The position numbers and the translations under genes are program-made. DNA of 64,000 bases from Takakia lepidozioides. Lineage: Eukaryota > Plantae > Bryophyta. The notes below the pieces were generated by a model. That model was not told the origin of the DNA. It made no database searches and worked only from the letters and a program-made list of their open reading frames with translations. Shown here piece by piece: positions 51,940-62,730 of this stretch. Numbering within the stretch: position 1 is the first letter of the stretch; the number at the start of each line of letters is the position of its first letter. Where the stretch lies: assembly GCA_030704615.1 (NCBI GenBank), contig CM060731.1, positions 66,836,001-66,900,000 of the forward strand, read 5' to 3'.

Positions 51940-52528
51940 GAAGAAGAACCATTGATTGAGAGAAACCTCAGTAAAGTAATCGATAATGAAGTCGCGAGGC
52001 TTTTGTGGAAGTCTTCAGTGAGGTGCTTCCAATTAATCTCGCACGGTATTGTAGCATATGATCCGTGACAGGCCCGGGTGTGTCGAAAGGCAGCAACTGT
52101 GTTATGCGGATTTCGCTCGATGTCTGCACACATTTTAGTCCAAGCTTTCTAAATTCAGTACCTAAATCCTGAAATATAAGGGATAGGAGAGAAGAGATCG
52201 AGGAGGTATCACCTGTAAATGTCCTTGCACACCACGCCTTCCAAAGGCGCCAAAGAGTGGAGCTCCTAAGGGTCTCAAAGATAGGGCAGTTGACAAGATC
52301 GTAGTTGATGAGAAGGTCCTCCGTGGACAGGTTCCTGGGATTCTAGTGTCTATAGAAGACTTCGATGAAGGGCCAGATCTTTGTTGGGGAATGGCAAAAG
52401 ATAAGACAATAATGTTCGATGGATTCTATAATCCCAAAGGAGCAGCATGCGCAAAGAAGGGCAAATTGAAAATGTAGCCACTCACCCACTTTTAGAACTC
52501 TTCTTGGGAACCCATGCAAAATGACCAC
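51940..52528 (-). mobile_element. L1-like LINE fragment (C-terminal zinc-binding region)
   Basis: RVLKVGEWL..CACC..ESIEHYCLIFC..KIW, followed after a stop by STLWRLWKAWC. Confidence 0.65.
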
Positions 52529-52799
52529 CTTAAATGACCACCATGTTCAAAAACAAAATTAACAATTAACAAAATTAACAACAGTTTCACAATTCACAAC
52601 CTATTTATATTCATACTTGCAACTTATACTACTTTTATTACAAAGATCATCCTTATAAATCCATTTAATTGAGATTGGCTCCTCCCTAAGGAGAGACCAG
52701 GCAACGATTGTTATCTCCTGATGTACCTTCCCCAGTTAATACCTATCTATCAAGATTCCCCAATAAATAGCTATTTTTAACTAATAATAATTTCCTCTT

Positions 52800-53140
52800 C
52801 TCCAAAAGAGATGGCCAGCATAGCAGAAGTCCACTTTGCTAGCTTATTCTCTAAGAGACAGCATTCAGCAGAAACGGATCAAGCTTCTGATACCATTCTG
52901 CAACACATTCCTGCTCTCCTCTCTGTCAAAGATAAAGAGTTGTTGTCTGCCCCCCTTACAGAACCAGAGCTTGGGCATGCGCTTGACTCCAATCAGGCAA
53001 GGCACCTGGTATAGATGGTCTTCCTGTAGAGCTCTTTAAAACATTGTAGCAAAACATGAGAGATGACTTTGTGGAGTTTACCAATGGCATTCTTGCCAAG
53101 GGCATTTTGCCCTCACAATTATCAGTGGGCCTTGTCAAGT
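52800..53140 (+). mobile_element. L1-like LINE fragment (region preceding RT), truncated
   Basis: HFASLFS..LSAPLTEPELGHAL, then after a frameshift GKAPGIDGLPVELFK and GILPSQLSVGLVKL. Confidence 0.8.
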
Positions 53141-54468
53141 TAAATAAGCACAGTGTGAAAACAGCTAGAATAAAACTAGTTATTTGTATTTAACACTTGG
53201 ATTTAGGTCAAGTGTTAAATCAGGTGTCAAGTTTAGTTTGACACCTGGTCCGTCTTATCTTCACGAGAGCGGCAGTCGCGCGGCTCATCTTTCTCGAGTT
53301 GAGCCTGCGCGACCGAGCTCTTCCATGCGTTTAGATCTGAGTGTACTCATGATGGGAGTGTAGGTTGTTGTGGGGTGGAGTCCCCATAGCTTGGGGTGCC
53401 CCTGGCTCGACTTCTATTATAAAGAGTGATAGCGATGGATTTCATATGTTTTGTGTCAACAGTGTCTCTATGCTTGTTTATCACTCGAGAGCGTTATCTA
53501 GTGTGCTGGTGCTAAGCTAGATACAATGTTTGTTTTAGCATTATTATAATATATATCTTGGGGCGGGAGTCCATCTGGCCCTGCTGTTTCAATGGTCTGT
53601 GCGCAAGAGTGTAGGCGAGTCTCTCTCTCTCTTCCCCGCCCCTTGTTCTCTCTTTCCCGCCCCTTGCAAGCTCGCAAACCGCAAGTCGCTCCCTCGCTGG
53701 TCTGTGCGCAAGAGCATAGGTGCTGTACAGTCCATTAAAGGGAAAGGAAAGAAGAGTCTTAGAAAAGCCGCAAGAGGGAGGGAATTTGAGCAGTGGCACC
53801 ATCGAGCGGAAGGGAGGCACGGACTTCGATTGTCGCACAGCATGTCGCTCATGATGGAAGTCCCGGTGTTTCGTAATCTCTGCAGTTCTGGAAAGTCTGG
53901 TAGCGGGAGTGCTTGGAATTTTGCTTTGTACCGTTTGAAATGGAGAATCTGAACGAAGCTGGACCCTACTGTTTTCGGACAAAAACAGCGATCTCACCTG
54001 CTTCTTCTAGCCTACACATAAGGCACTGTTTTGGGTGGGGCTTTCTGTCCTTGGCTTATTCATATTGGCAAGTAGTAAGGCAGCAGTAGCAAGCCATTTT
54101 CTCTGTAAAGAACAGAAGGTAGATTGTCTGTGGCCCCTAAGGAAAACTCTGGGAAGCTATGCCAAAGCATTCTGACGCTAGTGCAACGTGCAAATGTCAC
54201 CTCAGAATCATGTTGCTGGGCCTCAAGACGATGTTGCCTAATGATATGCTAGACGGTCTGGCCCTGCTGTGACATTCGAACACGGCGTGCTCGCACTTGA
54301 GCCTGCACTCGCACCAGCGCTTGCAAGCACCGCAGGGTACTGGCAGCCTGCCTTCGCACTGTGTGGCCCCGCACCAGTGCTTGCAGCCGCACCAACCCTT
54401 TCAGGATACGCAGGCAACCTCTTCTTGCCTGTTCAACGTCAGAACGCTCATCAGTAACATATGCACAA

Positions 54469-54990
54469 GCTGCATTTGATCCAGAGCTACACTCTGTACT
54501 GGAGCTGGCCAGTCATGTGCTGCCTGTTTGTCTCTGCTTTGTATAAGGATATGGGCATTGACGAAGAAATTGGTACTGTTTCTTAAGTTCTCGGGCTTTC
54601 TTCTCCTTACCGCTTGCTGGAGGTTATGACATTTCTTCATTTCCTTCCGTCTTCCCTGTTTCGATAGCAAGATTATGTTAGGCTGCAGTAATGCTTCTAT
54701 GCACTTGGCAAGTAATGGTAAACCATCTTTTTATGAGGCACATTATTGGTTGGAGGTCGAGAAGTCACAGGTGGACCAGCTCAAGGTCTGAAACCTTCCA
54801 AGGTTGTTTACAACATGACAAGAAAGCAGCAGAGATATACCTGCTTACTGGCAAAGAGTCAGTGCTAGGAGCTGCATTTGATTCAGAGCTACACTCTGTA
54901 CTGGAGCTGGCCAGTGATGCTGAGCTGTTTGAACTATTGAACATTCTCTATGGACAAAGCCTGCTGAGCCTGCTGTTGAAGTCAGTGGCG
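54469..54990 (+). pseudogene. Duplicated host-gene fragment resembling plant/cyanobacterial YaaW-like proteins
   Basis: AAFD(P/S)[10 protein letters not shown] is encoded twice (54469-54513, 54871-54915). The second copy continues DAELFELLNILYGQSLLSLLLKSV. Family assignment is from memory. Confidence 0.45.
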
Positions 54991-55458
54991 CTAGAAGGAG
55001 GGAAGCCTATGGGGTGCTAAGCCTGTCGAGCAGGGGTGTGTACTGGTGATACGAGCGTGGTCAGGGAGCTACTTGGTTCAAGCGCAAAGGATCAAAGCCC
55101 TGGAGTCAGCATAGTCGGGGAACGGCCTCGGGAACCCGTAGATAACCAGGGAACAGGGAACCTAGACAAGTATTAAATTAAAAAAATAATAATTAAAAAA
55201 AAGAAAAAAAAGAAGGTGTTATGTTTAAAGAGCCTGGTTGGTCATATCTTTGTCAAATGAGCTCCGTTTGACTCAGTTTTTGGGGGGATAGCTGCAGAAA
55301 GGGGAAATCTACCTATCTGTTTCTGTTTCTGTTTTTGGGACTCTGCTAAAAATCTATGGAATTTTTAGAGTGTGAGTGTGCCATGAAAGATCCACAATCC
55401 TGTCTCTAGAACCTGTGCTGGTCTATATGAGAGACAAATTGGTGGATGTACTCCTTGC

Positions 55459-56208
55459 ATGGCTGGGGGAAATGAGGACGTAATTGAAGGGCAGGTCTCT
55501 TCTCTTAGTCTGTGCACACAAGGGGACAGGATTTATGTTTCCCAAGGAACTCAGACTGATTTGAGTGGAGAACAGTTGGACGAGTTGATTGCATACTGGG
55601 AGTCAGGCATTAGCAGTAGACAACAGACTGCTGTAGTTGGCATTGAGGGCCTCAATATCGCCTTGGACAGTCAGAACTCTATTGGAGCCAGCAGTTCTGC
55701 AGCTGTAGGTGAAATACCAAAGTGGGTGAAAGCTAGGCTTGGAACACAGCCAAAGACAGCCCCGGGGACCAAGGTGTTCAGTCACAAGGCCGTGGTGTAC
55801 TGGAGCAGAGGAGCAGGAGCTACACAAGTTTGTGCAATCAGACATGATTGCAGCCGGATACGCTCTGCACAGGGCAACCACGAGCGGGGGTTCATCAGCA
55901 ATGACATGTTTGTTGTGCGTGAAGGAGATGCAGTCATTCGCAATGAGGACACCCGCAACCGTCTCAAAGCTTTCGAGTTGAGAGACTATCAGACCCTACC
56001 TTTGTTTTCTTTAGTGTTCAGTGAGCGGGAGATAGGGGAGTATTGCTTTGTCTCTACCTGGCAGAAAGAGGAGGAGGGTTGGTTAGAGCGAGCTACTGTA
56101 GCTTGGGACAAGGTTAGTGGCAGGTTTCTGGACATAGATATACCTCCTACACCTTACCATCATGCAGAGCGAGGCACTTTGAGAGAAGTCTGGCAGTTGA
56201 TAGCATAG
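55459..56208 (+). CDS. Intact 249-aa ORF of unknown function upstream of gag
   Basis: ATG-initiated, uninterrupted and intronless, with a globular-looking C-terminal half. Same strand as gag-pol and about 500 bp upstream of it. Confidence 0.55.
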   Translation: MAGGNEDVIEGQVSSLSLCTQGDRIYVSQGTQTDLSGEQLDELIAYWESGISSRQQTAVVGIEGLNIALDSQNSIGASSSAAVGEIPKWVKARLGTQPKTAPGTKVFSHKAVVYWSRGAGATQVCAIRHDCSRIRSAQGNHERGFISNDMFVVREGDAVIRNEDTRNRLKAFELRDYQTLPLFSLVFSEREIGEYCFVSTWQKEEEGWLERATVAWDKVSGRFLDIDIPPTPYHHAERGTLREVWQLIA

Positions 56209-56727
56209 ATCAGGATTAGATCTTGCTTGGTCGGGCTTCTATTCTTCCCCTCCATCTCTGTACTATTTTCATTACCTTGTACTTGTAGTTGCCAAAGCCT
56301 CTCTTGGTGGAGGCCAGTCAGTCCGGGGTTTTGGGCTGGGATATTCTGCAGGATCAGCATTGCAGCTGGATTTTGGTGTGGGGGTGTTGATGTTTTGATT
56401 TCTTGTGTTTGGATCCCCCCAACACCTGCATGCTTGACTGTGCGCCATGTTGGTTTTGTGTGGGCGCTTGCTTTCATAGGGATTAGGCCGGATTTGATCA
56501 CCGGTCAATCCTAGAGTATGCTGTCGGTGGTGAGGCTGGAGTGATGACCAGCAAGACCACCAGTGTTTCTTCTATGGTGAGGCTGGGTTGATGACCAGCC
56601 AACCATAGGAGTTTTTGCGGTGGATGCAGGTGCAGGTGCCCTGAGCCATTGGGATATGACCCTTAAAACTGCAACAGGTGCCCACCCGTGTCACTATTAG
56701 ATTAGTACTAGAGCCTTATAGTGTCAC

Positions 56728-58175
56728 GTGGAGGAGGTGCACATTGTGAGTGTCATTACGGAGTTACCCAAGGGTGGTGAGGGGAGTACGGCTACAGGCA
56801 GTAACAGTGAGAGTGGGTTCACAAGACGAGGTATTCGGTTCAGACCACCTTCACCGCCACCCTCAATTACTGTAGAGTCAGACACAGACTCGGAGGCTTC
56901 ATCAACAGGTGTGCAGTTTCATTCGCCATTGTTGTGGGACGACATGGAGGAGATGTATGGAGCTACCAAGGGGCCTCGTAGGTACTCTGGAGCTGTGGGC
57001 ACAATCGAGTTGGATGACTTTATCCAGGAGTTCGACAGCTGGTGTGATTTGCAGCAGATGCGCAATCCACAACTATTCACCCCATTCATGGCGTGGAAGG
57101 GACTGTTCCAGCATTTGGAAGGCCCGCCTATGGACGATTACCACGAGTTCAGGCGAGGACATGAAGCAGAGATTGAGGAGTGGAGGATGTATTGGTCACC
57201 TGACTACGTCTCCATTACTCGAGGCACGACGCGACCAGTAGCTGCATCAGTACCAATAGCTCCCACTGCCAGCACTAGTAGTGGAGCAGGTAGTGCTGGT
57301 ACTTCTGCAGGTGGTACCAGTTCAAAAGGTGCTACTACTCCTCCTGCCACAACTACAACACATGTGCCTAGATTCAACCCGGTGGTGGAGTTCTTCCAGG
57401 AGTTGCGGAGGAACTACCAAGGTGTACGGACAGAGAAGCTGCGAAGTTTGCAAGACTTCCAGCGCAAACCCAGTGAGAGCCTGCGAGAGGCGTACACTCG
57501 TATGAGGCGCTTGATAAGTGTGACCCAAGGGGTTACTGAAGCTCAGGCAATCCAGTTTTGGTATGGAATTCTGGACAAGGAGCTCAAGAGAAGGGTGCGA
57601 GATGCAACCCTGTTACAAGCAGCCCAACCCACATTAGCAGATGTGTTTCTGCTGGCTGAGCGGATTGAGCTCAACATGGTGGAGGAGCGAGTTGTTACAA
57701 TTGGATTTGGCAAGGACATGCCTGTACGGGGCACAGCTGTCAGCCCACAAGCACAAGGGACTGCCCAACAGCGTGGTCAGGGGGGCAAGGTTGCCCAGCC
57801 CAAGTTCCATGGAGCTTACAGGGGACCTCAGGTGCAGAGGCCCGTGGCATCTTTTGCAGGCCAACAGCAACCAGGGGTGATATGTTGGACATGTGGAGGA
57901 CCCCATGTCAAGAGAGATTGCCCAGAGAGTGGCAGAAGGCCGGCACAAGCACAGCCTGCACAGTTGCAGTGTGGGCATTGTGGCAAGTATGGGCATGGAG
58001 ATGCCCAGTGTTATGACTTGCATCCTGAGTTGCGCCCAGGCCAGTTCCAAGGGAACAATGGTGGCCGGGGCGAGGTGGACCAGCCCAGAGAGGACGAGGT
58101 GGTCGGGCACGAGGTGCAGGCCAAGGGCAAGCTCAACATGGCCAAGGACGCGGAGGTCAGGGCGTTGATCAAGGC
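56728..58175 (+). pseudogene. gag with two zinc knuckles
   Basis: FQRKPSESLREAYTRM capsid motif, CWTCGGPHVKRDC and CGHCGKYGHGDAQC. A frameshift near 58068 leads into an RGG-rich linker that is in frame with ORF 58176. Confidence 0.88.
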
Positions 58176-59543
58176 ATGGCCAACCGGCTTCAGCAGCTAG
58201 AGCAGAGGCTCGCTGCCATGGCTATAGCTCAGGCGGTACCGGCTCCCAGGCGGGATGGTCCACCTCCTGCTCCTGAGGGAGGAGATATGGGAGGCATGGG
58301 ATTTATGTGCGGAGCAGCACTACCACTAGAGCAGGTGGAGTCTGCTGCAGCCGTGACTCGAGGAGCAGCACGAGTTCCTGAGCCACGAGGTGCAGAGGTG
58401 GAATTGGATCCACAGCGTGGGGAGGCAAGCCGTCAGGCAAGGCTTCCTCAGTCATTCACATTGGCGGAGACTGTGTCGACGCCATCCATGGCACCTAGTT
58501 CTCGCCCGACTGTTACCGAGGCGGAGGTTACTATGCCATTGGGGAGAGCTACACGTGCAGCATTGACTCCTGCTGCCAAGGCTAGTGCGGCCGGTGTGTT
58601 ATTGGGGGCAGCCACCTCTGTGTGTCAGGCCCCACTGTTCTCGGCAACAATGATTGCGACGCCGGGGGTGAGACCAGCTGCAGTGTTCAGACTAGCAGCA
58701 ACACTCTGTGAGAGTGGGGAGGTCACTTCATCTTCTGCGGAGTTAGTGGAAGGTATAGTGGCAGAGGGATCCTCGGATTTGAGGGTCAAGACTGCCACGG
58801 CTGCGCCATGGCAAGTTGCAGCTGCCAGGTTGACGGAGCTGCCAGCTAGGCCAGCCATTGAGCGCGCCATGGTGACACCTGGAGTTGTCTTGTTAGACAA
58901 CCAGGGAGGCATTTTCACTTTGAGTGGACCGGCAGGCAAGAAGTACCGGCCACTGCGGGTCTTGTTGGACTCAGGAGCTCAGCCACTGATGTTGGGCAGA
59001 GCTGCTATTGCAGGTTTGGGCCTCATGGAGGCGGATATGGAGCCTTGTCCTTTCCAGATACAGACATCTCTGGGAGGATCAGAGCAGGCTCGCGGCATGA
59101 CACGGCATCAGTTGGCTATTAGACTGCAGCCGGATCATCCTGTAGATGGCTCAGTGATGCGAGCCAAGGCCATTGTGACAGACGCGGTCTCTTACGATGT
59201 CCTCGTTGGTGGGGCAGTGTTATACCCCATGGGCTTCACCCTGGATTTCTGGGAGGAGTCAGCATCCTACAGGCCTGGATGGCAGTCAGGGGATGGTCGC
59301 CGTGCACAGCTCCCTGTGACATTCATTGGGGGTATTGCAACTGCCCAGCGGGGCAAGATGCCAACACTAGCCGCCTTCACAGCTGCCGTTAGTTGGCCTG
59401 GAGAGTTGCTGGAAGGCAATGCCCATGCAGAGGATGTGCCACCTCCAGCAGAGCAGGATGACATGCATGGTACGGCGGAGTTGCCTGCCATGGTTGCTCA
59501 CACTCCGTTGTGGGGTGAGCAAGGATTTGCAGCAAGTTGCTGA
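58176..59543 (+). pseudogene. Linker and retropepsin aspartic protease
   Basis: VLLDSGAQPLML active site and YDVLVGG motif. Confidence 0.85.
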
Positions 59544-59678
59544 TGGACGGGTGCAACAAGCTTGGGAGAAGCTTTTGTACCGTCAGGAGAGGAGGAGAGT
59601 GCGGTGATTGCACCAGGGCCACCTCAGTTGTCGCCATTGGACACCACACCTCTTGTGTGGCAGCGGCCGGATGAAGGC

Positions 59679-60620
59679 ATTTGCCTTCTGGACTTGTTTG
59701 GCGGGATCAGCACCGGATTGGCTGCTGTGCTACAGGCAGGTGTGCGGGTAAGGCGTTACCTGTATGTGGAGAGGGATGAGACTGCACGACGCGTCTCACT
59801 GCGCCATGTAGCTCAGTTGGTACAGCAGTACCCTGACTTGTTGCCTGTGTCTGCAGTTCGTGGATACCAACAAGCCTTGCCAGCAGACATTTCCTTGTTG
59901 GGGGCGCAAGATTTGGAGCAGGTTGGCTCCATTGATCTGATAGTGGCAGGTTGGTCCTGCCAAGGGCATTCATCAGCCGGGCATGGCAATGGATTGCGAG
60001 ACTCGAGGACGGGTCTGTTTTGGGAGATGGTGCGGATTTTGCGCTGCTTGCAGCTTCATCAAGCTGTATCTCCAGCATACATCTTGGAGAATGTACCACT
60101 GATGGGTGATTCTCGGGCCAGGGTGATGGCCAGTGTGCATCAAGTCCGGTCGTGGCTTGGGTCAGCAGTGTTGCTGGATGCAGCTGCAGTGGGGTCACGG
60201 GCTCATCGTCCACGACTATGGTGGACTAATTGATGCCACCCGCACTGCTCAAGCGTGCATTTGATGGGGTGCAGCGGCCAGCACACCTCACCGTGGATGG
60301 CATTTTGGACACAGGAAGGCAGTCTCAACGTGTGAGACACGATGACCGTTCGCCTTTGGCAGTGGTCAACAGGGTGGGTCAACCACGAGCAGCATTACCT
60401 ACACTGCTCAGCTTCCCAGGATCCCATGCTTTTTGGGATGGTGGACCTGGCCTCCTGTGGGATGCTCAGTTGCAGCAGTTAGTGGAGCCTAATGCCGACG
60501 AGCGAGAGCGGGCTATGGGGTTTTCCACTGGGACCACGGCGGTGCCTTCTCTTTCTGAGGCATCACGTCGTCAGGTGTTGGGGCAAGCAATGGATCTCAA
60601 TTGCTTGACCTGGATTGTCA
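59679..60620 (+). pseudogene. DNMT3-like DNA (cytosine-5) methyltransferase domain within pol, one frameshift at ~60231
   Basis: Motif I LDLFGGISTG, II YVERD, III ADI, IV VAGWSCQGHS, VI ILENV, VIII AHRPRLWWTN, IX ERERAMGF, X RRQVLGQAM. Confidence 0.92.
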
Positions 60621-61082
60621 GCTTGGCTATGGCTGAGCAACGTAGAGTGCGGAGTGCACTTCCCTTGACGGTCTCTCTGCCTACCGAGACGGTACAGGCA
60701 GCGAGTGGGGGCGAGCCGGTGAGGACCACGAGGTGTAGACATCCATGGCACATGTGGGAGGTGCTCGAGGTTCAGAGGGAGTTGGCAGCGAAGGCAGTTG
60801 ATGGATGAGGTTGGGGATTCTTCTCGGGATGAGGAGGTTCTCAATGATGAGATGATGGGGCAGGATGAGGCCTTGTCATTGACTGAGCAGGAAGGGGATA
60901 CTGCTCAAGAGGTTGCAGCATAGCAACCACGGGACGTCCTCTACCTCTAAGTCCACACTGGACTTAAGGTTGCAGTTACGGAGGACAATTGGGAGCCTGA
61001 CATTGGACCCATTGTCACCGGAGGAGAGAGACGACGTATACGGCGGTTCCTGAGGGCTTATAGGAATTGCTTTGCCTTCAGT

Positions 61083-62730
61083 TTGAAGGACTTGGGAGCA
61101 CTGAAGGGTCAAGAGATCCGTATTGAGTTGGCCACTGACACGCCAATCTTTCGGAGACCCTATAGATACAGTGACATGGAGAGGTCTTTGATTCAGATGA
61201 GGACTCAAGATCTCTGGGAGGCAGGTTTGGTGGAGCTCTCTGGTGGAGAGTATGCTTCAGCCACAGTGATGCCAGCTAAGAAGGATGTCTATGGCAATTG
61301 GACGGAGAGACGTATGTGCGGTGATTACCGGCGTGTAAATCGTCAGACCAAGTCCGATAGGTATGCCATGCCAACACCAGAGGAGATCTTTGATGCCATT
61401 GGGCATTCCAAGGTCTTTAGCACGTTGGATTTACGATCCGGATATCACCAGTTGCCGATCAAGGAGGCGGATAAGCAAAAGACGGCATTCTGGGGGATCA
61501 ATGAGCACGGGAAGGATTGCCTATACCAGTGGCGGTTCTTACCATTTGGGCTTAAAAACGCTCCCGCTGAGTTTCAAAGAGTCATAGACAGGATTCTAGC
61601 AGGGGTGGAGTTTGCTCGGTGCTACATAGATGACATCATCATCTTTGGTGCTACGGTGGAGGAGCATGAGAGACACCTTCAGGGGGTATTTGAGCGCTTG
61701 AGGACGCACGGATTGAAGTTACATCCGGGCAAGTGCAAGTTTTTCCACAACCAGATTGAGTATCTGGGTCACATGATATATCCTCGAGGATTGGGGGTAC
61801 AGCAGACTAAAGTAGAGTCCATTGCACAGGTTCCACGCCCCACGGATGTGAGCCGAGTTCGAGCTTTCATGGGGTTAGCAAACTATTACAGACGGTTTGT
61901 GAAGGGATTTAGTGCCATTGCAAAGGCTCTAACCAAGCTGACCAAGGTGGACCAGGAGTGGCAGTGGGAAGATGAGCAAGAACAAGCTTTTCAAGAGCTC
62001 AAGGCGAGGTTGACCTCGGCGCCCATCTTGAGACGACCTATCAGGGGGCGTCCTTTTCAGCTGCATACAGATTGGAGCATGCTGGGGCTTGGAGCGGTGC
62101 TCACACAGGTGGATGATGAGGGAAGAGAGTTCGTAGTGGCTTATGCTAGCCGCTCGAACAACGTTGCAGAGTCTAAGTATAGCTCATATGAGGGAGAATG
62201 CTTAGCTGCAGTGTGGGTCGTGGCACACTTCAGGTGCTATTTATACGGCAATCTCTTCACCCTTGTCACGGATCACCAACCACTCAAGTGGTTGATGGAG
62301 TCAGACAAGCTTACGGGGAAGCTTGCACGGTGGGCACTCATCCTTCAAGAGTATGACTTTCAGGTGGTGCATCGACCGGGTTTGGTCAATCGAAATGCAG
62401 ATGGGTTGAGTCGCAATCCATGCACGAGCCAGCAGGATGACACTGGAGCTCGGTGGCATGGTGAGACGGACGAGGAGATGGTGCCCGGATGGCATGCATC
62501 TGCATTTCTGTGTATCTTGGCAGCGGAAGGCCAGGTTGGACCTACAACAGGGATGACTGTAGATCAAGTGTCTGAGGACCCTGAGGCCAGCAATGAGCAG
62601 GGTGGCGCCAAAGATATACATGAGGATTCAGTTGTGTTGGACTACCTCCGCAGTGGAGACACGGCAGCCACTATGACTGCCAAGGAGAGGGATCGGATCC
62701 TACAACGAGCCAAGAGGTTCAGGTGGGAGT
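61083..62730 (+). pseudogene. Reverse transcriptase and RNase H
   Basis: RMCGDYRRVN, LDLRSGYHQ, PFGLKNAPAEFQ, YIDD, LHTDWS..GAVL, YSSYEGECLA, TDHQPL. Confidence 0.95.

Noticed and set aside
53133-56690. Defined 5' LTR and PBS for the methyltransferase retroelement
   Set aside because: Candidates exist (TGTC at 53133, GACA at 55168, GCAACA-GGTGCCCACCCGTG at 56671-56690), but none can be verified without the 3' LTR.
58060-60240. Programmed frameshifts between gag, protease and methyltransferase
   Set aside because: Shifts are numerous, occur within domains including integrase, and lack clear slippery sites, so mutational decay is the simpler explanation.
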